Source: Dehalococcoidia bacterium
GTDB taxonomy: Bacteria > Chloroflexota > Dehalococcoidia > CAUJGQ01
Assembly (NCBI GenBank): GCA_038240805.1
Contig: JBBRGK010000022.1
Location: forward strand, 1-15,038
Direction of reading: 5' to 3'
Length of the DNA stretch: 15,038 nucleotides
The notes beneath the pieces are model-generated. The model was not told where the DNA came from, ran no database searches, and saw only the letters and a list, made by a program, of their open reading frames with translations. Shown one piece after another: positions 6,870 through 14,752 of this stretch. Positions within the stretch are counted from its first letter, which is position 1. The number at the start of each line of letters is the position of its first letter. A program made the position numbers and the translations under genes.

Positions 6870-7865
6870 TCAGGCGATCACAAGCCACACGCCCGCAAGG
6901 GCGAGCAGCGTTCCCGCCACCGTGAGTCTCGTCACCCGCTCCTTCAAAAACCATACGGCGAGCGGCAACGCGAAGACCGGCGACAACGAATTGAGAATCG
7001 ACGAGCGTCCCGCTCCCGCCTCTTTGAGAGCGTAGACGTACAACAACGACCCGATGCCCGTGCTCACCATGCCGGAGGCGGCGAGAAGCAGGAGATCGCG
7101 TGAGCGGTAGCGGCGCAGATCCAGCACGCCGCGTGCTGCCGCAAGGCTGCCGAGAAACACCGCTGCGGTCGGTACGCGGATGGCATTGACGACCACGAGG
7201 TTGGTGTCGGCGGTCAACGTACGCAGCCAGATGGTCGAGATTGCCCAGGTGACAGCAGCAACGAGCACCAGCCCCACTCCTGCCAACGAAAGCTCACTCG
7301 CAGTATCGATCTGACGAGGCGAAGCGATTACCGTTGTGGATCGAAGGCCGCCTCCGGCTACCACCAACTCCAGATCGCCATCTCCGGGGGGCAGCACGAT
7401 CGGCAGCACGTCACACGAGTCGGATGCAGGGGCTCCCGAGCGAAGCACGACGAGAACGATGCCGCCGATCACCAGAACGGTGCCGGCGATCGCTTTTACG
7501 CTCAGCACCTCGCCCAGGAGCAGCCAGGCAAGCACGACCGTGAGCAGCGGATACGAGGTAACGCTGATCGGTGATGCCCTGCTCACCCCGATTCGAAGCA
7601 TGCCGGAAATGTAGAGCGTATCGCCAATGCCCATGGCGATGATCGCCGTGAGCCCCAGGGCGGCCGCTTTGGCCCAGCCGACACACAGCATTGCGTCAAG
7701 GTTGCCGGTGACAATCAGCAGCACCAGGTAGAAAAGCACACCGGCACAAAGACGAAGGCAACTCACCGCGAGCGTGGGCATACGCCGCGAGAGTCCCGCC
7801 ATAACCAGGCTGCTGAATGCCCACAGGGCAGCGCTGCCTATGCCGGCCAGTTCCCCAAGAAGCAT
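6870..7865 (-). CDS. EamA-family (DMT superfamily) transporter, two EamA repeats, ~10 TM helices
   Basis: Hydrophobic throughout, with duplicated EamA-like halves (N-terminus MLLGELAGIGSAALWAFSSLV; second half ...ISTIWLRTL..). The central hydrophilic loop is Asp/Gly-rich. Its stop is 3 bp from the convergent sufU stop. Confidence 0.8.
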   Translation of the reverse strand: MLLGELAGIGSAALWAFSSLVMAGLSRRMPTLAVSCLRLCAGVLFYLVLLIVTGNLDAMLCVGWAKAAALGLTAIIAMGIGDTLYISGMLRIGVSRASPISVTSYPLLTVVLAWLLLGEVLSVKAIAGTVLVIGGIVLVVLRSGAPASDSCDVLPIVLPPGDGDLELVVAGGGLRSTTVIASPRQIDTASELSLAGVGLVLVAAVTWAISTIWLRTLTADTNLVVVNAIRVPTAAVFLGSLAAARGVLDLRRYRSRDLLLLAASGMVSTGIGSLLYVYALKEAGAGRSSILNSLSPVFALPLAVWFLKERVTRLTVAGTLLALAGVWLVIA

Positions 7866-7957
7866 CGGCGCCTCCGCTCGCGCCGCTGTCTCCCGCGGTC
7901 ACGGACCGTTCATCCCGCTGCCTGCGGGCTTATTGAAGCTCAGCGTCGGGCAAAGGT

Positions 7958-8506
7958 TTACCCGGCGTTCTTTCGCCTCTCGAATGCCTGCCGTTGCTGG
8001 TCAGCCAGACCGGAAACGGCTTCGGCCGTGCGGCCAAAGATATCGGCTACGGGCCAGCCGTTGATGCCGGCGTAAGTATCGATCTGGGAACGGTGGTGCA
8101 CGTCGTGCTCGAGCATCATCATCAACAGCCGCCAGCCGGATAACGTCGCTCCAGGCGTGTCGATCATCTCGATCCGCCGTGTAAGCCACTCGTTTGGCGT
8201 TCCGGCGAGGCGACGGCGAAACTCTGTCGCCGAGCGTTCCAGGCAGGGCAGCCAGGAGTCGCGCTTTCTCGTGTCCTCCGGCCAACCCTGCATGATCCAG
8301 CCTTCGCTGCGGTAGGCGCCAGCGAAATAAAGCCGCGACGCCCCGATATGGCCGACCAGCTTGCCGATGTCCCAGGCGTTCTCGCCTTCGCCGCCGGCGG
8401 GGCGCCAGCCCTCCGCCGCTGCCGGCAGCATGCCGATGTCTCGAACACTTCGCCGGTGGACCGCGTCAAAGTAGGTCAGGTAGGAATGAATGTCGCTGAT
8501 CATCAC
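7958..8506 (-). CDS. DinB/YfiT-like (DinB_2 superfamily) protein
   Basis: The four-helix-bundle DinB_2 pattern with conserved His residues is present: ...YLTYFDAVHRRS..., ...LVGHIGASRLYFAG..., and a C-terminal MMLEHDVHHRSQIDTY (E.HHRGQ motif). Confidence 0.65.
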   Translation of the reverse strand: MMISDIHSYLTYFDAVHRRSVRDIGMLPAAAEGWRPAGGEGENAWDIGKLVGHIGASRLYFAGAYRSEGWIMQGWPEDTRKRDSWLPCLERSATEFRRRLAGTPNEWLTRRIEMIDTPGATLSGWRLLMMMLEHDVHHRSQIDTYAGINGWPVADIFGRTAEAVSGLADQQRQAFERRKNAG

Positions 8507-8617
8507 CGCCTCCCGCTGGGGGGCTCTCCCGAGCAGTCTACGGCAGGAAACGTAGTGGCACCAACGCGACTCTCAGGTCCAATCCAACGCCGAGCGACTG
8601 CCTCCGCGCGGTGCGCT

Positions 8618-10030
8618 CTACTTCACCGTCACCGTCCAGGTACCCTCGGCCTCGATTACCAGGACATAGGTCCCCGAATCCGGAATCCGGCGGCTGACCG
8701 TGCCCCGGTAGGGACCAGTAGTCGCCACCAGGCGGTCGGGTTGTTCGCCACGGCTATTGAGCAAGGTCAGGCGAAAGAGCGTGCCGTCCCAGACCTGGTG
8801 CGAGACCAGCAGTCGGCGTACGCCCTGGAGGAGCGCGAGATAGGCGATGCTATCGCCCGATCCTGCCGCAGTTTTCACACCCGCCTGCGCAGCAACATCC
8901 GGCTGCTCGATCTCAAGCTCCCATGGATTGTTCGCTTCGACCGCGACAACGTAGGCGCCATCGGCCGCCAGGGTGAAAGTGGTGGTGCCGTAGTATGTGC
9001 CGTTCGCCTGGACGAGTTGCGTGAGCTGCGCACCCGAGACATCCAGCACGGAAGCCCGGAGGCGGCTCTGCGCCTGCGGAGAGCAGCGAAAGCGGAAGGT
9101 GGTGAACCCGCGGCTGAGGCGCACCGGAACGGTCATGCCGGCTGCCGCTTCGATGTGGATAGGTGAGGTCGAAAGCGCGGGCTTAGGCTGGCACTCTGCC
9201 GCACCGGCTGCGCTGTCCTTTGTCAACATTTCCAAAAACGCCGCCGCAGACGCCGGCCGCTCCCCAGGAGACTTCGCCAATGCCGCGTCGATCGCCAGGT
9301 AGACCGACTCCGGTAAGCCGGGGCGAAGATCGCGCAGGGGTGGCGGCGGCAGGGCAGCCTGTGCGTACAGCACGTGTGTGGCGTCGCCGGTAAAGGGCAG
9401 CCGGCCGGCAAACAGCTCATAGGCGAGCACACCGAGTGCGTAGATGTCCGCGGCCGGGCCGACATCCTCCCCACGGATCTGTTCAGGGGCGGCGCTCTCC
9501 GGCGTGCCCATGCCGCCACCTGGCTCTGTCAGCCGCGGTCCGCCGGTCGCCAGCGCAATGCCAAGATCCATGAGCACGACCCGGCCGACCGGCGTGACCA
9601 TGACATTGGCGTCTTTTATGTCGCGGTGCACAAGCCCGGCCTCGTGCAGCCGATCGATTGCGGGCGCGAGCGCATTGAGGATGTCCAGAGTCCGCTCGAC
9701 CGGGACGCGCCCCGCAGTTACCAGCTCTGCGAGCGTCCTGCCTTCGATCAGCTCCATTGCGAAAAACGGCCGGCCTCCGGCTTCTCCCACGTCGTAGACG
9801 GTGACGATGTTCGGATGTTTTATCCCCGCGAGCGCCCGTGCTTCGGCCAAAAAGCGCAACCGGTCCTCGGCGACGCTGGCAAGGTGCGGCAGCAGCGCTT
9901 TCAGTCCCACCTCACGATCCAGCAACGGATCCCAGGCCCGATAGACGGTTGCGAAGCTGCCGTTGCCGAGCGTGCCGATCAGTTCATAGCGGCCGAGCCG
10001 GCCCTCGCCCGCGCTCACCGCGTCTCGCAC
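8618..10030 (-). CDS. Hanks-type Ser/Thr protein kinase with C-terminal duplicated beta-rich (PPC-like) domains; no TM segment
   Basis: GTG start. Kinase motifs are present: GNGSFATVYRA (G-loop), VGLKAL (Lys), HRDIKDANVMV (catalytic loop), MDLGIA (DFG variant), GTPESAAPE (APE). A Pro-rich linker follows, then two related ~80-aa segments (...GTYYGTTTFTLAADGAYVVAVEANNPWELEIE and ...GPYRGTVSRRIPDSGTYVLVIEAEGTWTVTVK). It lies 43 bp downstream of the flotillin gene on the same strand. Confidence 0.85.
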   Translation of the reverse strand: MRDAVSAGEGRLGRYELIGTLGNGSFATVYRAWDPLLDREVGLKALLPHLASVAEDRLRFLAEARALAGIKHPNIVTVYDVGEAGGRPFFAMELIEGRTLAELVTAGRVPVERTLDILNALAPAIDRLHEAGLVHRDIKDANVMVTPVGRVVLMDLGIALATGGPRLTEPGGGMGTPESAAPEQIRGEDVGPAADIYALGVLAYELFAGRLPFTGDATHVLYAQAALPPPPLRDLRPGLPESVYLAIDAALAKSPGERPASAAAFLEMLTKDSAAGAAECQPKPALSTSPIHIEAAAGMTVPVRLSRGFTTFRFRCSPQAQSRLRASVLDVSGAQLTQLVQANGTYYGTTTFTLAADGAYVVAVEANNPWELEIEQPDVAAQAGVKTAAGSGDSIAYLALLQGVRRLLVSHQVWDGTLFRLTLLNSRGEQPDRLVATTGPYRGTVSRRIPDSGTYVLVIEAEGTWTVTVK

Positions 10031-10073
10031 CGGGCGGCGAGATTCCGCACCCTCCCTTCAGACAGACCGGCGA

Positions 10074-12131
10074 TCAACTCTTCGATTGCGGCTGCGCCGC
10101 AGGAAGCGCACCAACTCCGTTCACGACGGGAGGCACCCTGAGCGCGTTCTGGTTGCTGCTGAGAAGCTGGGCGACCAGCGCCGAGAAGATGCTGCTTTCT
10201 CCTCCGGGGCCGCCACCGCCAACCACGATGTCGGGCGTGATCTTCAGCCCTGCGCTCGCGACTGCCTTGGTCACTTCGATGCCAGCCAGGTTCGTCTGCC
10301 CCACTGCGGCGACCTGCTTCTCATAGGATTCGGCCGTCGCCTTACCCACGGCGAGGATCTTTGTGCCTTCCGCCTCGCCCTCTAGCTGAACGGCGCGGGC
10401 ACGGCCTTCCGCCTCGATGATCGTTTTCTGCTTCGTCTGCTCGGCCACCTGCACGCCGATCTGCGCCGAGACAAGGTCCTTCTGACGGTCGGCCTTGGCG
10501 CGGGTGTTCTCCGTGGCGATGCGCTCCTGCTCCGACTTCTGCTGTTCGACGAACATCGCCTGCTGCTGCGCCGCGATCACCCGTCGGGTCTGAATCTCCA
10601 TCAGGTCCTGCGGCAGGATGATCTGCGAGATTAAGACCGAGACGCACTCGACGTGATACTTCAGCAGCTCTTCCTGGGTGCGCTCTTCCGCCTTGGACTG
10701 CTCGACGGCACGGTCCTGCATGAAGCTCATCGCTTCGGTCGAAGAGGCCTGGTTGCGGAATGAGGAGTCGATCATTGGATGAATGACGTGGTCGATCAGG
10801 TTCTCGATCGAGCCGATTTTCGCCACCATCAGCGGCGCCTGATCGGGGCGAACCCGGATCACGACCTTCACGCTGACCCGCATTTCGAAGCCGTCGCGGC
10901 TGATCACCGCCAGTGGGTTGAATAACTGGACCCGTTGGCCGGCAGGCAGCTTCGCGGCGTCCACGACGGTGGAGGCTTCCTCATCCGCCCAGTCGATCGT
11001 CAGGTTGGTGGTCGGAATCGTGTAGGCGATGTACGCCCAGCGGTTGAGGTAGTAGACGCCAGGGCCGGCAACTTCGGCCTGGATGCCGCGATACCCTGCC
11101 GGCACGACGTAGCGTTCCTGACCGACTTTGAGCCGGTCGGCCTCGGTCATCATGCGCTGATCTTTGCCGACGTTGGAGACTAGAACGTTGACCTGCCCGC
11201 GCTCAACGACGACGACTTTGTCGAGTTGCACGTCGAACATCAGTGGATTGATGTAGTAGGTGCCCGGCTTTAGCAGATCGTACTGCGGGCCGCGCTGGCC
11301 ACCGCTTGCGAGGAAGGCCGATGCGTCCTGAAAGTCGTTGTGCCCTTCGACGGAGCGAGCAACCAGTTCATCTGGCGGCAGCGGCGCCCCGTCCTTGGCC
11401 GTCACCAGTCCGACCTGGCCCGAGTTGACGATTGTCGCGGGGCGAACCTCGACCTCGAACAGCGCCGTGTTGAGGCGATACCGCCCGGGCAGCAGCACTT
11501 CGATCTGCGGGCCGCGCTGACCGCCGCCAAACAGGAACGACTGCCCGTCCTGGAACGCCTCGTGGCCGTCCACTTTCTGCGCCAGCAGCCGGGCTGAGGT
11601 GAGCGGCGAGCCGTCGCGGGCACTGACAATGCCGACGCTGCCTGCGGGAACTACGACGGCCTCTTCGGTGCGAACGTGGAAGAGGTAGGTGTTGATGCGA
11701 TACTTGCCTGGTGGCAGGATGTCCACCTGCGGGCCTTTCTGGCCACCGTTGAGCAGGAACGCTTCGCCGTCCTGGAAGTTGTCGTGACCGTCCGCATGGC
11801 GGGCGAAGATGCGGCCCGGGTCGAGCGACGTGCCGTCGATCGACTCGACCAGACCGACCTCGTCCTCGGCAACGTCGATCATGTCGGACTTGGTGACTTT
11901 GTAACTAAACGGCCGCAGCAGGTTCAGACCCGGCTGCAGCGCGGCGGCCTGGTAGCCGACCTGCCCCTTGAGCGCCACGACGCGCCCCTCGGGCAGCCTG
12001 TGGCCGAAGTACTTGCGCTCCAGGATGCCGACCTGTTGCCCCCGAATGTTCACGAGCATGCCGGTGAGCGGGGCGAGGATGAGCAGCAGAACAAAAACGA
12101 CTGCGATCGCGATCAGGATTCCCAGCAGCAT
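10074..12131 (-). CDS. Flotillin-like SPFH/band-7 protein (FloT/YuaG-like) with internally repeated N-terminal SPFH beta-units; start uncertain (in-frame alternatives up to TTG 12263)
   Basis: Preferred start is ATG 12131..12129, with GAGGT 9 nt upstream, giving MLLGILIAIAVVFVLLLILAPL as the TM anchor. The SPFH core is (...VISRDGFEMRVSVKVVIRV...). The flotillin C-terminal region matches FloT (EA-rich coiled coil ...IEAEGRARAVQLEGEAEGTKILAVGKATAESYEKQ... then ITPDIVVGGGGPGGESSIFSALVAQLL). Confidence 0.8.
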   Translation of the reverse strand: MLLGILIAIAVVFVLLLILAPLTGMLVNIRGQQVGILERKYFGHRLPEGRVVALKGQVGYQAAALQPGLNLLRPFSYKVTKSDMIDVAEDEVGLVESIDGTSLDPGRIFARHADGHDNFQDGEAFLLNGGQKGPQVDILPPGKYRINTYLFHVRTEEAVVVPAGSVGIVSARDGSPLTSARLLAQKVDGHEAFQDGQSFLFGGGQRGPQIEVLLPGRYRLNTALFEVEVRPATIVNSGQVGLVTAKDGAPLPPDELVARSVEGHNDFQDASAFLASGGQRGPQYDLLKPGTYYINPLMFDVQLDKVVVVERGQVNVLVSNVGKDQRMMTEADRLKVGQERYVVPAGYRGIQAEVAGPGVYYLNRWAYIAYTIPTTNLTIDWADEEASTVVDAAKLPAGQRVQLFNPLAVISRDGFEMRVSVKVVIRVRPDQAPLMVAKIGSIENLIDHVIHPMIDSSFRNQASSTEAMSFMQDRAVEQSKAEERTQEELLKYHVECVSVLISQIILPQDLMEIQTRRVIAAQQQAMFVEQQKSEQERIATENTRAKADRQKDLVSAQIGVQVAEQTKQKTIIEAEGRARAVQLEGEAEGTKILAVGKATAESYEKQVAAVGQTNLAGIEVTKAVASAGLKITPDIVVGGGGPGGESSIFSALVAQLLSSNQNALRVPPVVNGVGALPAAQPQSKS
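11163..11789 (-). repeat. Three tandem ~74-codon (222-nt) intragenic repeats inside the flotillin gene, flanked by more degenerate copies
   Basis: The protein segments GHDNFQDGEAFLLNGGQKGPQVDILPPGKYRINTYLFHV..., GHEAFQDGQSFLFGGGQRGPQIEVLLPGRYRLNTALFEV..., GHNDFQDASAFLASGGQRGPQYDLLKPGTYYINPLMFDV... share about 55-60% identity. A degenerate copy lies upstream (GRVVALKGQVGYQAAALQPGLNLLRPFSYKV...) and another downstream (QERYVVPAGYRGIQAEVAGPGVYYLNRWAYIAYTI...). The six-frame track shows the corresponding periodic antisense ORFs. Confidence 0.7.
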
Positions 12132-12258
12132 GACGGAGCGACCTCGAATTCGGGGGAACGCTCCGGGCTGGACACGCACCAGCGGAGCGGTGCCCCTGTG
12201 CATCCCTGAGTATACATCCACGCCCCCGCTTACCCGCATCGGATGAACTTCGCTGCTT

Positions 12259-12274
12259 GCCAACGCGCGTTGGC
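12259..12274. promoter_or_regulatory. Perfect 16-bp palindrome GCCAACGCGCGTTGGC in the divergent ACAD / flotillin-kinase intergenic region (candidate operator)
   Basis: It is exactly self-complementary. It lies 53 bp upstream of the ACAD ATG (12328) and upstream of the flotillin start candidates, a typical position for a dimeric HTH repressor operator. Confidence 0.3.
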
Positions 12275-12327
12275 GGATGGATCATCGTGGGGGCGTGATC
12301 GCATCTACTCCAGAGGAGACCCCGCAG

Positions 12328-13515
12328 ATGGACTTCCGAGATTCCCCGGTCGAGGCCGGTTTCCGCGCCGAGGTGCGCGACTTCATCGAGGCGGAGTTGC
12401 CGGACGCGCTCCAGCACATCGAGCCGGAGTGGGGCACGTTTAACACCCGCCGCGCACGCGGCATCGACCCCGAAGCGACAAAGCAGTGGCGCCAGAAGCT
12501 GGCTGCGCGCCAGTGGATCGCGCCGCATTGGCCGAAGGAGTACGGCGGCGCTGGCATGGACATCGGCCGGCAGTTCATCTTTAACGAGGAGATGGCGCTG
12601 CACCGGGCGCCTGGCGTGGGCGGCATCGGCATCGGCTGGGCGGGGCCAACGATCATGGTCTACGGCTCGGCGGAACAGAAACAGCGGTTTCTACCCAACA
12701 TCCTCTCCGGCAACGAAACCTGGTGCCAGGGCTTCAGCGAGCCCGGTGCCGGCTCCCACCTCGCCAGCGTGCAGACCCGTGCGATCCGCGACGGCGACGA
12801 CTACGTCGTGAACGGCCAGAAGGTCTGGACCAGCGGCGCCCATCACTCGCAGTGGATGATCCTGCTCGCGCGCACCGACCCCGAAGCGCCGAAGCACAAA
12901 GGGATCTCCTACTTCCTGCTCGACATGAAAACACCGGGGATCACCCTGCAACCGCTGGTTAACATGCTCGATGACTACAGTTTCAACCAGGTCTACTTCG
13001 ACAGCGTGCGTGTGCCGAAAGAGAACCTGATCGGCGAGGAGCACCGCGGCTGGTACATCGGCGCCACCACGCTCGACTTCGAGCGCAGCAGCATCGCCTC
13101 CTCAACCTCGATGGCGCTGATCGTGCGCGACCTGGCGCAGTTCGCGCGTTCAACAGGCCGCAGGCTTTCGGCAACGCAGCGGGCTGAGCTTGCTGAGCGG
13201 ACCATCGAAGCAGAGATCGGCAGGCTCCTTTCCTACCAGGTGATCTCGATGCAGAAGCGCGGCCTGATTCCGAACAAGGAAGCCTCGATCGCCAAGCTCT
13301 ACAACGGCGAGCTGGATCAGCGCATCGCCGCAACCGGAATGCGCTTGCTCGGCATGGAAGGCAACCTCGTCTCAGACAGCGACCCGCGTGCCCCCGCTCA
13401 TGGCCGCATCCCGCGTCACTACATGGCGGCGACCGCGACCACGATCGGCGGCGGCACCAGCGAGATCCAGCGAGGCATCATCGCCACCCGCGGCCTGGGC
13501 ATGCCGCGAGGGTGA
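12328..13515 (+). CDS. Acyl-CoA dehydrogenase (complete, 395 aa)
   Basis: GAGGAG Shine-Dalgarno lies 7 nt upstream of ATG 12328. The N-terminus MDFRD matches the paralog at the window start. ACAD motifs are present: WPKEYGGAG, GPTIMVYGS.EQK, WCQGFSEPGAGSHLAS, VVNGQKVWTSGA, ARTDPEAPKHKGIS, and C-terminal GGGTSEIQRGIIATRGLGMPRG. An upstream in-frame ATG at 12277 is less likely. Confidence 0.9.
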   Translation: MDFRDSPVEAGFRAEVRDFIEAELPDALQHIEPEWGTFNTRRARGIDPEATKQWRQKLAARQWIAPHWPKEYGGAGMDIGRQFIFNEEMALHRAPGVGGIGIGWAGPTIMVYGSAEQKQRFLPNILSGNETWCQGFSEPGAGSHLASVQTRAIRDGDDYVVNGQKVWTSGAHHSQWMILLARTDPEAPKHKGISYFLLDMKTPGITLQPLVNMLDDYSFNQVYFDSVRVPKENLIGEEHRGWYIGATTLDFERSSIASSTSMALIVRDLAQFARSTGRRLSATQRAELAERTIEAEIGRLLSYQVISMQKRGLIPNKEASIAKLYNGELDQRIAATGMRLLGMEGNLVSDSDPRAPAHGRIPRHYMAATATTIGGGTSEIQRGIIATRGLGMPRG

Positions 13516-13539
13516 CAACCGCGCCCAATCAGATCCGTT

Positions 13540-13638
13540 ATGCCCACCATCGATTCGCTCGATCGCATTGCGAATGCACTCGGTGAAACGCTGCTTGTGC
13601 AGTTTGCTCCGCAGCAGACGCCAGCAGGTTTCGCCTGA
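13540..13638 (+). other. 32-codon mini-ORF resembling the C-terminal helix of an XRE-family HTH regulator; possible gene remnant (the frame is open from 13516, immediately after the ACAD stop, in the same frame)
   Basis: MPTIDSLDRIANALGETLLVQFAPQQTPAGFA, compared with the XRE-HTH C-terminal consensus ...sldtL.riA.aLgvsl.eLf. No upstream HTH helices are present, so it is either a truncated pseudogene or coincidental. Confidence 0.25.
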
Positions 13639-13664
13639 GAGCAACAGACTCCGTTGCTCAGAAG

Positions 13665-14183
13665 CTATCGCCCCAGGACCCTGGTGAAGTAGAGTACGAG
13701 CTCGTCATCTACCGTGACCGTCTCGCCATGCACGAGCTGCCGGCGTTCGTAGGTCAGCCCCCGGCCATCCGGGATATACCCCCGCTTCACATATAAGCGC
13801 TGGGCGGCGCCGTAATCTCGATCCATGCCAACCCCGATGCCTACAAGCGGCGACCGGGCGGCGATATAGCGCTCGGCCACGTCGAGGAGTTGCGAGCCAA
13901 TCCCACAGCGCCGCAAATGGGGCAGCACATTGAAGTCCGCGATTTCGGGGATGGCGGCCTCGCGGAAGGGTGGGTACAGAGATCGCCAGACGATCGTGAC
14001 GTAGCCGGCGAAAACCTCATCGTGGACGGCCACGAGCACCTCACGCTCGCCATGGGTTTGCTCTTCCAGGTAGCGCACATACTGTACGGCGGGCTTGTTC
14101 CAGCCGAGTGCGGCAAAGGTGGCGGCGACACCGGGGATATCAGCGGCCTCCAACAGCCGCACCAACACGCCGTGTACGCTCAT
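13665..14183 (-). CDS. GNAT-family N-acetyltransferase (start uncertain; the ORF is open up to 14300)
   Basis: GNAT motif A: IADFNVLPHLRRCGIGSQLLDVAERYIAA (R-x-x-G-x-G). Motif B: AQRLYVKRGY. Preferred start is ATG 14183..14181 (MSVHGVLVRLLEAADI...), giving a ~172-aa protein of typical GNAT size. The longer 211-aa form would start MRSICQ. Confidence 0.7.
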   Translation of the reverse strand: MSVHGVLVRLLEAADIPGVAATFAALGWNKPAVQYVRYLEEQTHGEREVLVAVHDEVFAGYVTIVWRSLYPPFREAAIPEIADFNVLPHLRRCGIGSQLLDVAERYIAARSPLVGIGVGMDRDYGAAQRLYVKRGYIPDGRGLTYERRQLVHGETVTVDDELVLYFTRVLGR

Positions 14184-14300
14184 TCCGCCAGACTCCACAG
14201 GCATCATTCGTCCGTCGTCAACCATAGCAGCGCCGTGATCGAAGCGAGCGATATGGTGATCGAGCGGGTAAACATCGTGCGTCTGACATATTGATCGCAT

Positions 14301-14752
14301 GCCGGCTACCTCGAAGCCGGCGAACTGCAGTTAGCTGGTGGACGAGACCGGAATGAGGATTACGCGAATCAAAGACTGTGAGGCAACGCGCTGGGTAAAT
14401 CGCAATCTGGCTGGCGCGGCAGCGAGCATGGTAGTGTAGGGTCTGATTTCACACGGAGGCATTGAAAATGACAGGGACTCCGACCCCAAGAAGTTCGTGC
14501 TGCCGAGCTGACCTTTTCCTGAATCACTGTTCATACTGCAAAGTGGGGATCTGGACGTGCGCAGCCTGTGGGTATCCTTTCACCGAGCACAGGTGTAAAC
14601 ATTCCTAACCGGTGCTTTCTGGCGAACTATGGTGGCTTCGACCCACGTGCTTAGTGCCTGCGTGACGCTAAAGCGGGGGAGCGCAACGTTGTTGTGCATG
14701 CAGTCACCCAGGGGCAGCGCACCCTGAGACGTTGGTAGTGGAGCGAAGAAAT
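14301..14752. other. ~450-bp non-coding stretch with a sharp GC drop (about 50% versus 67%); no convincing ORF; candidate ncRNA, long leader, or horizontally acquired island border
   Basis: The composition shifts directly after the GNAT gene. Only one weak 67-codon minus-strand ORF (14331-14534) is present, without a Shine-Dalgarno. Several local hairpins are present, e.g. CAGGG..CCCTG at 14710-14735. Confidence 0.3.

Noticed and set aside
8348-10141. Plus-strand ORFs 8348-9166, 8997-9302, 9374-10141 and 9444-9797 opposite the kinase gene
   Set aside because: Antisense shadows. Only the minus-strand frame has Hanks kinase motifs.
13639-13659. Hairpin GAGCAAC-agactcc-GTTGCTC between the convergent mini-ORF/ACAD and GNAT genes
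   Set aside because: A 7-bp stem without a T-run on either strand. Could be a weak bidirectional terminator but the evidence is insufficient.
14331-14534. 67-codon minus-strand ORF in the low-GC tail
   Set aside because: No Shine-Dalgarno, no recognisable motif, and it lies in a region better explained as non-coding.
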